Shown here: one piece after another, positions 50,250-61,078 of the stretch
How the letters are laid out: every line of letters begins with the position of its first letter
Position numbering within the stretch: position 1 is the stretch's first letter
DNA from: Oscillospiraceae bacterium
Lineage (GTDB): Bacteria > Bacillota > Clostridia > Oscillospirales > CAG-272
Length of the DNA: 64,000 nt
Assembly (NCBI GenBank): GCA_015065455.1
Contig: SVQI01000009.1
Coordinates: 1,050 to 65,049 of the forward strand
Direction of reading: 5' to 3'
Translations under genes and position numbers: made by a program
The notes under the pieces: model-generated
What the model was told of the DNA's origin: nothing
Seen by the model: only the letters and a program-made list of their open reading frames with translations
Database searches by the model: none

Positions 50250-52091
50250 TTAGTGTTTTGAAGCCTTTTCGTTTTCGTATTTTTTTGCCTGAATCTTAAA
50301 CATTTCGGCATACTTTCCGTTTTTATTTATAAGCTCCTCGTGATTTCCTTCTTCTATTATCTTTCCGTTGTCAAACATATATATTCTGTCTGCCATACGT
50401 GTTGTGGAAAGTCTATGAGATATAAATATTACAGTCTTATCTTTTGTTTTTTCTGTTATAGCCTGATTCAATTTATACTCTGCAATTGGGTCAAGTGCGC
50501 TCGACGGTTCATCAAGTATCATAAGATCGCATTTCTTTGCAAATACTCTTGCAATAGCAATCTTCTGCTGTTCTCCGCCCGAAAGCTCCGTTCCTTCTTT
50601 GCTGTATTCTTTTGTAAGAATTGTATCAAGTCCGTTTTTGAGCTTTTGTTCAATCGGGAAGTCTGCAATTTCCAGAGCTTCCTTGGCTGTCATATAGTCA
50701 GACTCATTTTCCACCGTATCACCAAGCACATTTTCGGCAACGGTTGCCGCAAACAGCTTGTGATCCTGAAATACTGCACCTATCTTATTCCTGTACGAAG
50801 AAAGATCATATTCCTTTATATCTGTTCCATTATATAAAACAACACCTGATGTAACGTCATACAAACGCATAATAACCTTTATCAATGTTGTTTTACCCGC
50901 GCCGTTGTATCCTACAAAGGCAATTTTTTCGCCCTTGTTTATTTTAAGGTTCACGTTATCAATAACGTCATCTTCACCGTTATATGAGAATTTTACGTCT
51001 ACAAGTTCAAGACTCTCAAAGTCGTTTGCCGGTATAATTCCCGACACGACCTTAGGCTCGTAGTTGAGGAACTTTTTAAACTTTTCAACATAAAGGCTAT
51101 GCTCGTTAAATCTTGTTACAAAATACGTTATGCTTGTCAGTCTGTCATAAAGGTTGAATACAGCCGTTACGCCTACCGAAAATGACCCTAACGATACGTT
51201 TGGGTTTACAACATACTGAACCACAAGATATCCCATAACGCCAAACTCGAGAAGCTTATTTGTAAGTAACGAAGAAACAACGTTCAGAGGCACAATTTTC
51301 TTTGCAAATCTTTTAATCAGAGATACCTTGCTTTCTAAAACAGCAGTATACTCCTCTTCAAGATGCTCACTTATATTACCCTGTCTGATTTCTTTTGCAT
51401 ACTCGGCAAGGTAAAATACCCTCTTAATATAGTCGCCTTTTCTTATTATCTTTTGGTTTTCCTGCTGTTTAGCATAATTTATCTTATTTCTGAGCATACC
51501 AAACAAAAGATTTACAACGGATACCGTACAACAAATAAGGGCAACAAGCTTATCCATTGACCACAATATTGAAAGCACTCCAACGCTGGACAATATTCCG
51601 GCTAAAAAGTTCTCAAAATCTATCATCATCGACCATACACGGCCGTCAGACTCTCTTATCGCCCACACAAAATCATTATAGAACTCGGGATTGTCATAAC
51701 AGCTTTGGTCAAGAGAACGGGCTTTCATATAAAGTTCGCCCTGCATTCCCTCCTGAAGCTTGAGTTGTATGCGATAAATATAGACGTTCCAGAACCATTT
51801 GTTCAAAATGTTAACGACCACTATCAAAAGCGCAAATACACCTGTAACAATAGCTATTTCTTTAAATGCTTTTCCTGTTTCAATTGCATCAAATATATAT
51901 TTAATGTATACTATCGACGATAAAACCTGCCAGACTGCATTTGTTGTTGCCACAAAAACAGTAATCCAGAAAAACATCGGGGTATACTTAAAGACATATT
52001 TAAACATAAAAGCGGTATTTTTTACCGTAAGAAATATGTTGCTTTTTTCTTTTTTGGGGGTATTAAGCTTCTTACTTCTTTTAAAAATCAT
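50250..52091 (-). CDS. ABC exporter, fused permease/ATP-binding subunit (type 1 exporter half-transporter)
   Basis: 613 aa. Six-TM N-terminal domain, Walker A GYNGAGKTT, signature LSGGEQQKIAIAR, Walker B LMILDEPSSALD. Confidence 0.92.
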   Translation of the reverse strand: MIFKRSKKLNTPKKEKSNIFLTVKNTAFMFKYVFKYTPMFFWITVFVATTNAVWQVLSSIVYIKYIFDAIETGKAFKEIAIVTGVFALLIVVVNILNKWFWNVYIYRIQLKLQEGMQGELYMKARSLDQSCYDNPEFYNDFVWAIRESDGRVWSMMIDFENFLAGILSSVGVLSILWSMDKLVALICCTVSVVNLLFGMLRNKINYAKQQENQKIIRKGDYIKRVFYLAEYAKEIRQGNISEHLEEEYTAVLESKVSLIKRFAKKIVPLNVVSSLLTNKLLEFGVMGYLVVQYVVNPNVSLGSFSVGVTAVFNLYDRLTSITYFVTRFNEHSLYVEKFKKFLNYEPKVVSGIIPANDFESLELVDVKFSYNGEDDVIDNVNLKINKGEKIAFVGYNGAGKTTLIKVIMRLYDVTSGVVLYNGTDIKEYDLSSYRNKIGAVFQDHKLFAATVAENVLGDTVENESDYMTAKEALEIADFPIEQKLKNGLDTILTKEYSKEGTELSGGEQQKIAIARVFAKKCDLMILDEPSSALDPIAEYKLNQAITEKTKDKTVIFISHRLSTTRMADRIYMFDNGKIIEEGNHEELINKNGKYAEMFKIQAKKYENEKASKH

Positions 52092-53893
52092 AATTGCCCC
52101 TCGCTTTCAACATACTTCTCTGCCTGCATATGCCACATATCAGCATACTTACCATTTAAAGCAAGGAGCTGGTCGTGTGTGCCTTTTTCTATTACCTTTC
52201 CGTTTTCCATCATATAAACCATGTCTGCCATTCGCGCCGCGGACAGACGGTGTGATATGTATATGGCAATCTTACCCTCGCTCACCTCAAACATATTTTT
52301 ATACATTTTATCTTCAGCAATAGGGTCAAGAGCACTTGAAGGCTCGTCAAGTATAATTATAGGCGGGTCCATAGCAAACAGCCTTGCAAACGCAAGCTTT
52401 TGCGCTTCTCCCCCCGACAAAACTTCGCCGTGTGAATCAAATTCCTTTGTAAGTATTGAATCAATGCCTTTTTCGGTGTTTGCTATTCTATCGTAAACGT
52501 CGCTTCTTTTTAATGAATCCTCAACGATACGTCTGTCTTCGTCACACGTTACCTTGCGCAGAAGTACGTTTTCCGTAACGGGTAATGAAAACATTTTATA
52601 ATCCTGAAACACCGTACCGAAAGAGCTTCTGTATGCGGATAAACGATAATCCTTTATATTTTTTCCGTCAAGCAAAATTTCCCCATCATCTACGTCATAC
52701 ATACGGAGCAACAGCTTTACAAGGGTAGTTTTTCCTGCGCCGTTGTGCCCCACAATAGCAATCTTTTCGCCCTTTCTGGCACATATATTAACGTTATCAA
52801 CAACCTTCTTGTTGTTATACGAAAATGATACGTTTTTAAACTCAAGAACTTCGGGGGAATTTGGAATAAGACCGTTTTCATTTTCCGGTATTTTTATTTC
52901 ATACTCTATAAAACGACGGTAATTATCAATATATTTTGAGTTTTCGTCCATTCTTATAAGCGTATGACTTGCCCAAGCAAAGCTGCCCGAAAGATTTGTT
53001 ATTGAATTTATTACCACAAAACAGTCGCCTAACGGTAAAACAAATTTTACAAGCGCCAAAAATGACGCTAACAAAATTGAACCGCAGTATACTACTATCT
53101 CGCTTATAAATTGAGCAAAACATTCAAACCACATAAGCTTATAGCCGTACGTTTTTGCTATATTGTCAAGCTCCTTTATGTTTTCTTTCATCTGAGAGAG
53201 CATAACTCTGTACATATTAGTAAGGCGCATTTCTTTTGAATAGTCTGATAAATAAAAACTGCGTCTTACATAATTTGCACGTCTTGACGTTTCCATTCTC
53301 TTCATATTTCTTTCAAATGAAATATTATTCTTCTTTTTCCCGACAAGCAAATTATAAGCAAACGGAATTAGAGCCATAATTATAAATACGGGATGAATGG
53401 TTACAATAAGCGTAACCATTGAAACAACGTTGACAATAGACCATATTCCGTGGTCAAGATGCCACATTATATATTGAGCCTGTTTTGACTGTTCTATTGC
53501 CTTAGAATAGGCATCGTAGAAATCAGGATCGTCAAAACAAGCAAGCTCAACACTTGCCGCTTTTTTCAGCATCTCTTTTTGCAGAAAAGACTCTATCTGC
53601 GCACTCTTTTTAAGATGATATTGTTCGGCAATCTCATCAAAAATCATATATGCAACCGATATAATAAACATAGTTACTATATAAGTCAAAACGTCTTTCA
53701 AGCCTCCACCCGACTGAATGGTATTGAGAACGTATTTGTACATATACGTAAAAGAGAAAAAATTGCAAAGACTTCCCGCAATTGATCTGAAAATCTCAAT
53801 TCCTACGTATGTTTTTGAGAAATTGGCAATCAGCTTAAGCATAAACCAGTTATTACTGATCGTTTTTCTCAGATTTTTCTTTTTGTCTGTCAT
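52088..53893 (-). CDS. ABC exporter, fused permease/ATP-binding subunit (heterodimer partner)
   Basis: 601 aa. Walker A GHNGAGKTT, signature LSGGEAQKLAFAR, Walker B IIILDEPSSALD. Overlaps the downstream gene by 4 nt. Confidence 0.92.
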   Translation of the reverse strand: MTDKKKNLRKTISNNWFMLKLIANFSKTYVGIEIFRSIAGSLCNFFSFTYMYKYVLNTIQSGGGLKDVLTYIVTMFIISVAYMIFDEIAEQYHLKKSAQIESFLQKEMLKKAASVELACFDDPDFYDAYSKAIEQSKQAQYIMWHLDHGIWSIVNVVSMVTLIVTIHPVFIIMALIPFAYNLLVGKKKNNISFERNMKRMETSRRANYVRRSFYLSDYSKEMRLTNMYRVMLSQMKENIKELDNIAKTYGYKLMWFECFAQFISEIVVYCGSILLASFLALVKFVLPLGDCFVVINSITNLSGSFAWASHTLIRMDENSKYIDNYRRFIEYEIKIPENENGLIPNSPEVLEFKNVSFSYNNKKVVDNVNICARKGEKIAIVGHNGAGKTTLVKLLLRMYDVDDGEILLDGKNIKDYRLSAYRSSFGTVFQDYKMFSLPVTENVLLRKVTCDEDRRIVEDSLKRSDVYDRIANTEKGIDSILTKEFDSHGEVLSGGEAQKLAFARLFAMDPPIIILDEPSSALDPIAEDKMYKNMFEVSEGKIAIYISHRLSAARMADMVYMMENGKVIEKGTHDQLLALNGKYADMWHMQAEKYVESEGQL

Positions 53894-53894
53894 A

Positions 53895-54509
53895 TTACCT
53901 CTTAGATGATATCTTCTTCATAACTGCATCGGTATCGTACACGTTTATGTTTACAGGAATAATAATTTCCTCTTCACCGGTAATTGAAAGATAATTACGT
54001 TTTACCTCACCTATTGCAGTTGTATACGTTTTTTCCAAAATCTTATGTTCGCACCCGACGTTTAGTTTGTACTCGGATACTGTAAAACTTTCTTCAAAAA
54101 GATCAATAGTATATTTTTTTATACTAAAAGTCTCTTTTTTAAACACAAATGCCGTTACACAGTAGAACGCTGTTCTAACTTTTTTATCCTTACCCTTTTT
54201 TATATGTCCACTCTTACCGATTATGTACTCCTTAAGGGTATGCTCGGTTTCTTCAATATTGTTTATTAACATGATTCTTTTAACTTCACTGTCAAAATCA
54301 TCTTCTGTTACTCTTGAAGAGTGAGTAAACACCCATCCGCATCCGCCGATTATCAAAAACGGAAATCCGAAAAAGCCAACTCCAAGGTATAAAAATATCC
54401 ACAGTGCAACCAATACCGCGCCTACTCCCGTCATTACCATAAATACGGTTTCAATGCCCTTTGTGTCTTTTTGTTCAAAATAAGCTTTAATTGTTTTTCT
54501 TTCTTTCAT
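53895..54509 (-). CDS. hypothetical membrane protein (2 TM helices plus a soluble domain), first gene of the exporter operon
   Basis: 204 aa. No recognisable motif. Its stop lies 1 nt before the ABC gene start. Confidence 0.6.
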   Translation of the reverse strand: MKERKTIKAYFEQKDTKGIETVFMVMTGVGAVLVALWIFLYLGVGFFGFPFLIIGGCGWVFTHSSRVTEDDFDSEVKRIMLINNIEETEHTLKEYIIGKSGHIKKGKDKKVRTAFYCVTAFVFKKETFSIKKYTIDLFEESFTVSEYKLNVGCEHKILEKTYTTAIGEVKRNYLSITGEEEIIIPVNINVYDTDAVMKKISSKR

Positions 54510-54863
54510 AATTGTTACTCCTGTCTTTAAATGCTGTTTAATTACTTAATAATGCTATGGTTTTCGGAGTTACTCACCTGCCTTTCTTAAGTTAATACTT
54601 TAGTTTGCCGAATCTAAGTCGTATACTTACCTTAAAAGGTATCAATATTCGCCCAGAAGCAATAATTGAAAGTGTAGCATACAACGTCAAAAAAATCAAT
54701 AAACTATTAGTTGAATAGTTTAAACAAACAGTAAATTGTATAAAAACTTTTACGACCGCATTTCAGCAAGCAAAAGAATAAGTCTTATTTTATACTACTT
54801 TATCGCATTTGTCAAGAATTTATCGTATATTATTATATAATTTGATTAAGGAGGGATAAAAAA

Positions 54864-55010
54864 ATGAAACCTTTAAAGGAAAAAATAAGCATAACATTAG
54901 ATAGTGATATTCTTGATGAAGTTCGCAAGAAAGCAGACGAGGACGAGCGTTCACTGTCGCAATTTATTAATCTCATTTTGAAGCAATATCTTATTACTAT
55001 AAAAAACTAA
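54864..55010 (+). CDS. ribbon-helix-helix (CopG/Arc-like) small DNA-binding protein, 48 aa (not in the ORF track)
   Basis: GGAGGG RBS. Translation MKPLKEKISITLDSDILDEVRKKADEDERSLSQFINLILKQYLITIKN fits an RHH beta-strand plus two helices (RS.S.FI....L). Confidence 0.65.
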   Translation: MKPLKEKISITLDSDILDEVRKKADEDERSLSQFINLILKQYLITIKN

Positions 55011-55014
55011 AAAC

Positions 55015-55045
55015 GAGCTGTATAAAATACAGCTCATCTTTTTTT
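55015..55045 (+). terminator. rho-independent terminator
   Basis: Hairpin gagctgta-taaaa-tacagctc followed by a T-run. Confidence 0.8.
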
Positions 55046-55080
55046 GCAAAAAAATCGTAAACAACCATTAGCACTACAAA

Positions 55081-55577
55081 GTGATGTCATTTCCGAAGTG
55101 TGCCCGAACCGCAGTAAAACGTCCCCTACCAAATTAGGAAATATTGTATATTTAAATTATTTGTTCTTCTCTCCCTCAGTCAAAAACAAGCTTTTGACAG
55201 CTCCCTCGTCAGATAGAACTAAAAGATACATTTTTAAAAAAACGGGGCGTCAATGAAGGGGTTCCCCCGTATGCCTTCTTTGGTTACTTTCTTGGCATGC
55301 AAGAAAGTAACGTAAAAAAAAAGACATTATTATTTAGATAAATAATACATCTTAAAAAAAGAAAAAGCTATCGCTTTTTTTAAGGGAGCACAAAATGTCA
55401 GGAGCTTCGCTCCCGAATATATGACAAAAGAGGCTTTTTGAAAAAAGCCCCTCTTGACTCCCCAAATACTTTAAACAAATAAACATTTATTATTTCTCTA
55501 TATTATTTTTTAAAAAATAATATTTACTATATGCGCTTTTTGAAAAAACTCCTTTGGAAACCGCAAAAACTTTTAAA
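55081..55577. repeat. mosaic hairpin repeat locus G (mainly forward, first module reversed)
   Basis: Contains gtgatgtcatttccgaag..cccgaaccgcagta (reverse relative to loci E and F), a framed core with the cassette gtcaaaa-acaagc-ttttgac, the gttactttcttggcatgcaagaaagtaac hairpin, caggagcttcgctcccgaa and the AT hairpin block. Confidence 0.88.
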
Positions 55578-55630
55578 GTTTTGCAAGAATTATAAGAAAA
55601 ATCTGGATTGTCGTATCCAATACCCTATTT

Positions 55631-56284
55631 TTATTTTGCAAAATAAACATTTCCGCACTGCAAGGTAATATTTTTACCGTCAGCGCTTCCTTTAAACACA
55701 TAAACAGCGCCGTCTGTGGGGTCGTATCCCATCAGAGCATCCTCCGCCGCCCTGTAACTCTGCTCCGACGGTTTTGCCTTCTTTATACTGTTATTCGTTA
55801 CGCTGTCAAATGCACCGTTTGCATATATAACCTGCAACACCGTATCGGGAAACGCTCCGCTTTTTACCCTATTCATAACAACTGCACCAAAAGCCGTTTT
55901 AGTTTGCAAATCCCCCTTGCCTACCTCTGCCTCAATAAGCTTTGCCAATACGTCAAGCTCAAATTCGCTGTACGTATAAATAGATAATCCCAGCTTTTGA
56001 AGTGTTTCATTTCCGCATACACCGTCGGCGTAAATACCGTTATATTCCTGAAAGCGCCTTACTGCATCGGCAGTATCTATATCGTATACTCCGTCGCACT
56101 TCCCATCATAAAGCCCTAACTCCTTTAGCTTCTCTTGAACAAGTATAACCTTTGCACTGTCAGAGCCCTGCTTTACTCTCGTTTGCGCTGTCTGATTGTA
56201 AAAAAAAGTGTAAGCACCCATAACCGCGCACATAATAAGCGCTGTTATTACGCTCACCTTTGCTCCGTAAAATAATTTTTTCAT
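55631..56284 (-). CDS. SleB/CwlJ-family cell wall hydrolase with a peptidoglycan-binding domain
   Basis: The probable start is ATG 56284 (MKKLFYG). PG_binding_1-like region LQ..L..LG.Y.G..DG.....T..AV..FQ. Hydrolase_2 region LAKLIEAE.....L..K.A.GAVVMNRV.S..FP.T...VI. Confidence 0.85.
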   Translation of the reverse strand: MKKLFYGAKVSVITALIMCAVMGAYTFFYNQTAQTRVKQGSDSAKVILVQEKLKELGLYDGKCDGVYDIDTADAVRRFQEYNGIYADGVCGNETLQKLGLSIYTYSEFELDVLAKLIEAEVGKGDLQTKTAFGAVVMNRVKSGAFPDTVLQVIYANGAFDSVTNNSIKKAKPSEQSYRAAEDALMGYDPTDGAVYVFKGSADGKNITLQCGNVYFAK

Positions 56285-56460
56285 ATATATTCTTCCCATT
56301 CTTTTTTTATTATTGTTTCTCGGAAAATACGGATAAATGCATATTTTTTTCTGTATTTTTAAATATTTGATAACTCTTTGGGATATACCAAATATTGTTG
56401 ACACTTATTTTGCTTTATGATAAAATATATTATATATACCCATACAAAAGAGAGTTAAAA

Positions 56461-57126
56461 ATGAAAAGACGTACTATAAAAAGAATTATTATAATTTCAG
56501 CAATTATTTTTGCTGTTTTGTTCGTAATTGCATTAGGTATAAATTTCTATGTTGTAAAGTCCACTGAAAAACAAATCGCAAAAGAATTTTCCACAGATTT
56601 CGACTGCATACTTGTTCTCGGCGCAGGTGTAAAAAACGGAAACCCTAAGCCTATGCTCGAACACAGGCTCGACTACGCTATCGAGCTTTATAACAAGGGC
56701 GTTTCTTCAAAAATCATTATGAGTGGTGACCACGGAAGAAAAGACTACGACGAAGTAAACGTAATGAAAAACTACGCCATCGAAAAGGGCGTGCCTTCAG
56801 AAGACATATTTATGGACCACGCAGGCTTTTCTACCTACGAAAGCATATATCGTGCAAGAGATATATTCAAGGTTAAAAGAATGGTTATTGTAACACAGGA
56901 ATACCATCTTTACAGAGCCCTTTATATTGCAAATCAATTTGGTATTGAAGCTGTCGGTTATGCATCTGACCCGCGCACTTATTCCGGTCAGTTATACAGA
57001 GAGCTACGCGAGATAATTGCGAGGGATAAGGATTTTCTTTACTGCATATTCAAACCTAAACCCACGTATCTCGGAAACGCAATCCCCGTGAGCAGCAACG
57101 GAAACCTTACAAATGATTCAGTATAG
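56461..57126 (+). CDS. SanA/YdcF (DUF218) family protein
   Basis: Start at ATG 56461 (MKRRTIKR). One TM helix, then ILVLGAGV...P...L..RLD.A..LY..G...KI.MSGDHG...YDEV..M..Y......P...I..DHAGFSTYES..RA.. Confidence 0.85.
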   Translation: MKRRTIKRIIIISAIIFAVLFVIALGINFYVVKSTEKQIAKEFSTDFDCILVLGAGVKNGNPKPMLEHRLDYAIELYNKGVSSKIIMSGDHGRKDYDEVNVMKNYAIEKGVPSEDIFMDHAGFSTYESIYRARDIFKVKRMVIVTQEYHLYRALYIANQFGIEAVGYASDPRTYSGQLYRELREIIARDKDFLYCIFKPKPTYLGNAIPVSSNGNLTNDSV

Positions 57127-57137
57127 GAAATGATAGT

Positions 57138-57659
57138 ATGAACACATCAGAAATTATAAAAAATATCAAAATAAATATCCGTTCGCTTATTACGGAGATA
57201 GACCTGCCCGAAGACAGTCCTTTTTCTCAAAAGGGGTGTTCTCCGAGGGTCGACTATGCCGATGGTAAAAGCGAAAAAGGATACGATGAATGCATTGAAT
57301 TTTCCACCGAGGGCACTCTTACGATCAAGGAAAATTACGTTGAGATTACATACAAAGAAAATGAATCGCTTGGAATGTCAGATATAGAATCGACTCTCAG
57401 ATTTAAAAAGACAAGACCCACTATGATAAATCTGATAAGAAGGGGAGCCGCTCCCGCATCGTTGATGTTTGACACAGAATTCCCGAGACGAAATTGCTCT
57501 TACTGCCTTGGAAATCTTCCCTTTTCCTTTTGTATCTGCACTAAAAATTTAGAAAACCGCTTTGGTGAGTCAGAAGGAAAAATCGTGCTTGATTATGAGA
57601 TTGAAATGCACGGTGTTGTTACCGAACATAATATTTACACTTTGGAATATAAAGAATAA
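57138..57659 (+). CDS. DUF1934-like beta-barrel protein
   Basis: 173 aa. The pattern (..ITYKE.., ..INLIRRG.., ..IVLDYEI..) resembles YwiB/DUF1934. The assignment is from memory only. Confidence 0.55.
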   Translation: MNTSEIIKNIKINIRSLITEIDLPEDSPFSQKGCSPRVDYADGKSEKGYDECIEFSTEGTLTIKENYVEITYKENESLGMSDIESTLRFKKTRPTMINLIRRGAAPASLMFDTEFPRRNCSYCLGNLPFSFCICTKNLENRFGESEGKIVLDYEIEMHGVVTEHNIYTLEYKE

Positions 57660-57680
57660 CTGTTTATAAGAGGTTTTTGT

Positions 57681-58721
57681 ATGACGCCAACAGAATTCGG
57701 AAAACTCATAAAAACTGATTTTCACGGTGTTTTCCTTTTCTACGGAGAGGAGCAATACCTGAAACAACATTATCTTAATCTTGCAAAAAAAGCCTGCGGA
57801 GACAGTACGGGCGGTATGGCTTTCTCGGGAGAGGGACAGAGTCTTTCCTCTGTATGCCAGACCGTTATAGAAACGGCTTCAATGCCCTCTATGGATATGA
57901 GCAAGAGATTTATAAATATTTATGACGTCGAATGGAAAAAGGCTTCAGAAGACGATTTTGCCTTTTTTGAAGACTGCGTATCAACACTTAAAGATTACGA
58001 TGACGTTGTCGTCATTTTTGATACAAGGCCCGAAACATTTGACGTAGGCACAGAAAAAAAACCGACTAAAACCTTTTCAAGAATAGACAAGCTTGTTACC
58101 ACGGTCGGATTTATAAAGGAATCACCCGCAAAGCTTGCTTTATGGATTCAGAAGCATTTCTCTGCATCCAAAGTATCTGCCGATACAAACGTTTGCAATA
58201 TGCTCGTCAGATATTGCGGACGCGATATGACAACTCTGAACAATGAAATTATAAAGCTCACCGCCTACGTATTGCAAAACGGCAGAAACGCCGTAACTGA
58301 AGCCGATATTCATACAGTTTCCTCAATGGTCAATGAAATAGATGCCTTTGATTTTTCAAATGCGATCATATCGGGAGACTCGGAGAGAGCTTTTTCCATA
58401 CTTACAGATATGAAGCTCCACAAAGAAGCGCCCGAAGTTATCCTTGGCAGTATAATGAAAACGTATTCGGAAATGTATACTGTAAAAATCCTGTCAGAAT
58501 CGGGGCTTATGAAACAGGATATTGCCAAAAAAACGGGTATACACGAATACAGAACAAGTATTTACCTTAACAGAGTAAAAAAACTGAGCAAAAACGGACT
58601 TCAAAAAGCTCTTTCGCTCTGCCACGAGGCAGACTTGAAAATTAAATCATCGAACTTCGACAGCTACAATATTCTTGATATATTATTGATAAAGCTGTTT
58701 ATGACAGAAAGGCTTAAATGA
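57681..58721 (+). CDS. holA: DNA polymerase III subunit delta
   Basis: 346 aa. Size and N-terminal pattern (...FLFYGEEQYL...) fit, as do the clamp-loader delta fold regions (LNNEIIKL). Confidence 0.8.
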   Translation: MTPTEFGKLIKTDFHGVFLFYGEEQYLKQHYLNLAKKACGDSTGGMAFSGEGQSLSSVCQTVIETASMPSMDMSKRFINIYDVEWKKASEDDFAFFEDCVSTLKDYDDVVVIFDTRPETFDVGTEKKPTKTFSRIDKLVTTVGFIKESPAKLALWIQKHFSASKVSADTNVCNMLVRYCGRDMTTLNNEIIKLTAYVLQNGRNAVTEADIHTVSSMVNEIDAFDFSNAIISGDSERAFSILTDMKLHKEAPEVILGSIMKTYSEMYTVKILSESGLMKQDIAKKTGIHEYRTSIYLNRVKKLSKNGLQKALSLCHEADLKIKSSNFDSYNILDILLIKLFMTERLK

Positions 58722-59326
58722 ATAAATCTGAAAAAATAAAGCTCGACATTCCGATTATTGTCGAGGGCAAATACGACATAATAAAGTTAAAATCAATTAT
58801 TGACGGACAGATAATAAAGACAGACGGTTTTTCTGTTTTTAAATCCGATGAAAATAAAGAATATATAAGACAGTTGGCGGACAAAAACGGCATAATCGTT
58901 TTAACCGACAGTGACGGTGCAGGACTTGTTATAAGAAACTATCTTAATTCAATCTTGCCGAAAGAAAAAATTATACATCTATACCCGCCCCAGATAAAAG
59001 GCAAGGAAAAAAGAAAAGTTACTTCTTCAAAAGAGGGATACCTCGGAGTTGAAGGGATAGATATAGACGTGCTTCGCTCTCTTTTTTCTCCGTTCGAGAA
59101 AAACAATGTTTGTGACGACACAAAAAGAAAGGTTACAAAGCTTGACCTTTTTGACGACGGACTTATTGGCGGACAAAATTCAGCAGAAAAAAGGCTGTGG
59201 CTGAAACAATACCTTAATCTCCCGTCAAACATTTCCACCAACGCGCTTATTGATACAATAAACTTTTTGTATTCGTACGAAGAATACAAAGCAATTTTAG
59301 AAAAGAGGATAAAACAAAATGATTGA
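58718..59326 (+). CDS. Toprim-domain protein (RNase M5-like)
   Basis: 202 aa. Motifs IIVEGKYD and LTDSDGAG..IR (Toprim Glu and DxD). Overlaps holA by 4 nt. Confidence 0.7.
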   Translation: MNKSEKIKLDIPIIVEGKYDIIKLKSIIDGQIIKTDGFSVFKSDENKEYIRQLADKNGIIVLTDSDGAGLVIRNYLNSILPKEKIIHLYPPQIKGKEKRKVTSSKEGYLGVEGIDIDVLRSLFSPFEKNNVCDDTKRKVTKLDLFDDGLIGGQNSAEKRLWLKQYLNLPSNISTNALIDTINFLYSYEEYKAILEKRIKQND

Positions 59327-59744
59327 TTTGTTTACAGCTCTTTATAAGAAGCATAAAACAATCATAATTTATATAATTTTCGGCGTTCTTACGACTGCCG
59401 TAGATTTTGTTTCCTACATTATACTGACCAAAAGCTTTGGCATTGACGAAAATATTTCAAACGTTATTTCACAGATATTAGCCATAATTTTTGCGTTTGT
59501 AACAAATAAAATATTTGTTTTTGAAGATAAAGACTTAAAGCCTAAGGCTCTGTTGACTCAGTTTGCAAAATTTACGTCTTTGCGACTTGTTACTCTGCTT
59601 TTGAACAGCGGTATGTTTTTCGTTATGACTGAATCAATGCACGTTAACGATATTATAACAAAAGTGCTCGTTTCGGTAATCGTCATCATTCTCAACTATA
59701 TTTTCAGTAAACTCATAGTTTTTAAAAAAACAAACAAAGGATAA
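59319..59744 (+). CDS. GtrA-family membrane protein
   Basis: 141 aa with 4 TM helices. Pattern ..F...G...T..D...Y...........A........FV.NK.FVF. Confidence 0.8.
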   Translation: MIDLFTALYKKHKTIIIYIIFGVLTTAVDFVSYIILTKSFGIDENISNVISQILAIIFAFVTNKIFVFEDKDLKPKALLTQFAKFTSLRLVTLLLNSGMFFVMTESMHVNDIITKVLVSVIVIILNYIFSKLIVFKKTNKG

Positions 59745-59750
59745 GAATAT

Positions 59751-60590
59751 ATGAATCAGGTATATAAAAAGCTCCTCAATTGCTACAATCAGGTAAAAAA
59801 CAGAACAAGCTTCGTTCCAAAAATAGCTCTCGTTTTAGGCTCGGGACTGGGAGCTTTTGGTGACAGAATTGATGTAAAAGAGATTATAGAATACAGCTCG
59901 ATAGAAGGATTCCCCGTTTCTACGGTGAGCGGACATAACGGAAGATTTTTGTTCGGCTACGTAGAAAACGTCCCCGTCGTCGTAATGCAGGGCAGAATTC
60001 ATTATTACGAAGGCTACTGTATGACAGACGTCGTTTTGCCTATAAGACTTATGTGCATGCTGGGAGCAGAAAAAATTATACTTACAAACGCTGCAGGCGG
60101 TATAAACAAAACCTTTGTTCCCGGAACGCTTATGGCTTTGACAGATCATATAACCTCATTCGTTCCCTCTCCGCTGATTGGTCAGAATATTGATGAATTA
60201 GGGGTAAGATTCCCCGATATGAGCTGTGTATACGACAAAAAACTGCGCGAAATATTAAATAAAACGGCAAACAAGCTTGATATTCCCTTGCGCGAAGGCG
60301 TGTATATTCAGTTCACCGGCCCCGCATACGAAACACCTGCCGAAATAAATATGGCAAGAACACTTGGCGCTGACGCTGTGGGAATGAGCACGGCGGTCGA
60401 GGCTATGGTTGCAAGACATATGGGAGTTGAAGTATGCGCTGTAAGCTGTATATCAAATATGGCGGCAGGACTAAATACGAAGCCGTTAACTCATGAGGAA
60501 GTAAAAGAAACCGCGGATATGGTTTCAGAACAGTTCCAAAAGCTTATATATAACACAATAATAAATATAGGAAAAGATTTTACTATATGA
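59751..60590 (+). CDS. purine nucleoside phosphorylase (PNP family, trimeric type)
   Basis: 279 aa. Motifs LGSGLG, SGH.GR...[25 protein letters not shown] and GADAVGMST. Confidence 0.93.
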   Translation: MNQVYKKLLNCYNQVKNRTSFVPKIALVLGSGLGAFGDRIDVKEIIEYSSIEGFPVSTVSGHNGRFLFGYVENVPVVVMQGRIHYYEGYCMTDVVLPIRLMCMLGAEKIILTNAAGGINKTFVPGTLMALTDHITSFVPSPLIGQNIDELGVRFPDMSCVYDKKLREILNKTANKLDIPLREGVYIQFTGPAYETPAEINMARTLGADAVGMSTAVEAMVARHMGVEVCAVSCISNMAAGLNTKPLTHEEVKETADMVSEQFQKLIYNTIINIGKDFTI

Positions 60591-61051
60591 AAAAACACGT
60601 AGATATTTATACCGACGGAGCCTGTAAGGGAAATCCCGGTCCCGGCGGATTCGGCTCAATTCTGGTATATCTTTCAAAAGAAAAAAGAATATCAAAAGGA
60701 TTTTTCAGCACCACCAATAACCGTATGGAGCTTCTTGCGGCAATTACAGCGCTTGAGGCTTTAACGGAGAGCTGCTCGGTCACCCTTTATTCCGACTCAA
60801 AATATCTGATTGACGGTATGACAAAGGGCTGGGCTGAAAAATGGAAAGCAAATAATTGGATAAAAAGCGACAAAAAAAAGGCGCTTAACACTGATTTGTG
60901 GGAAAAAATGCTTCACCTTGACAAACAACATAATATAGAATACGTTTGGGTCAAGGGCCACAACGGCCACGAATACAACGAACAATGCGACAGAATGGCT
61001 GTCTCAGCAGCTGAAAATCCCACCGAACACGACGTTGTTATTCCCGTATGA
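60587..61051 (+). CDS. rnhA: ribonuclease HI
   Basis: 154 aa. Motifs IYTDGAC.GNPGPGG, TNNRMEL.A, DS.Y and W.WVKGH.G...NE..D..A. Confidence 0.93.
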   Translation: MKKHVDIYTDGACKGNPGPGGFGSILVYLSKEKRISKGFFSTTNNRMELLAAITALEALTESCSVTLYSDSKYLIDGMTKGWAEKWKANNWIKSDKKKALNTDLWEKMLHLDKQHNIEYVWVKGHNGHEYNEQCDRMAVSAAENPTEHDVVIPV

Positions 61052-61078
61052 ACCTAATCATATTTTAAAGGATAATTT

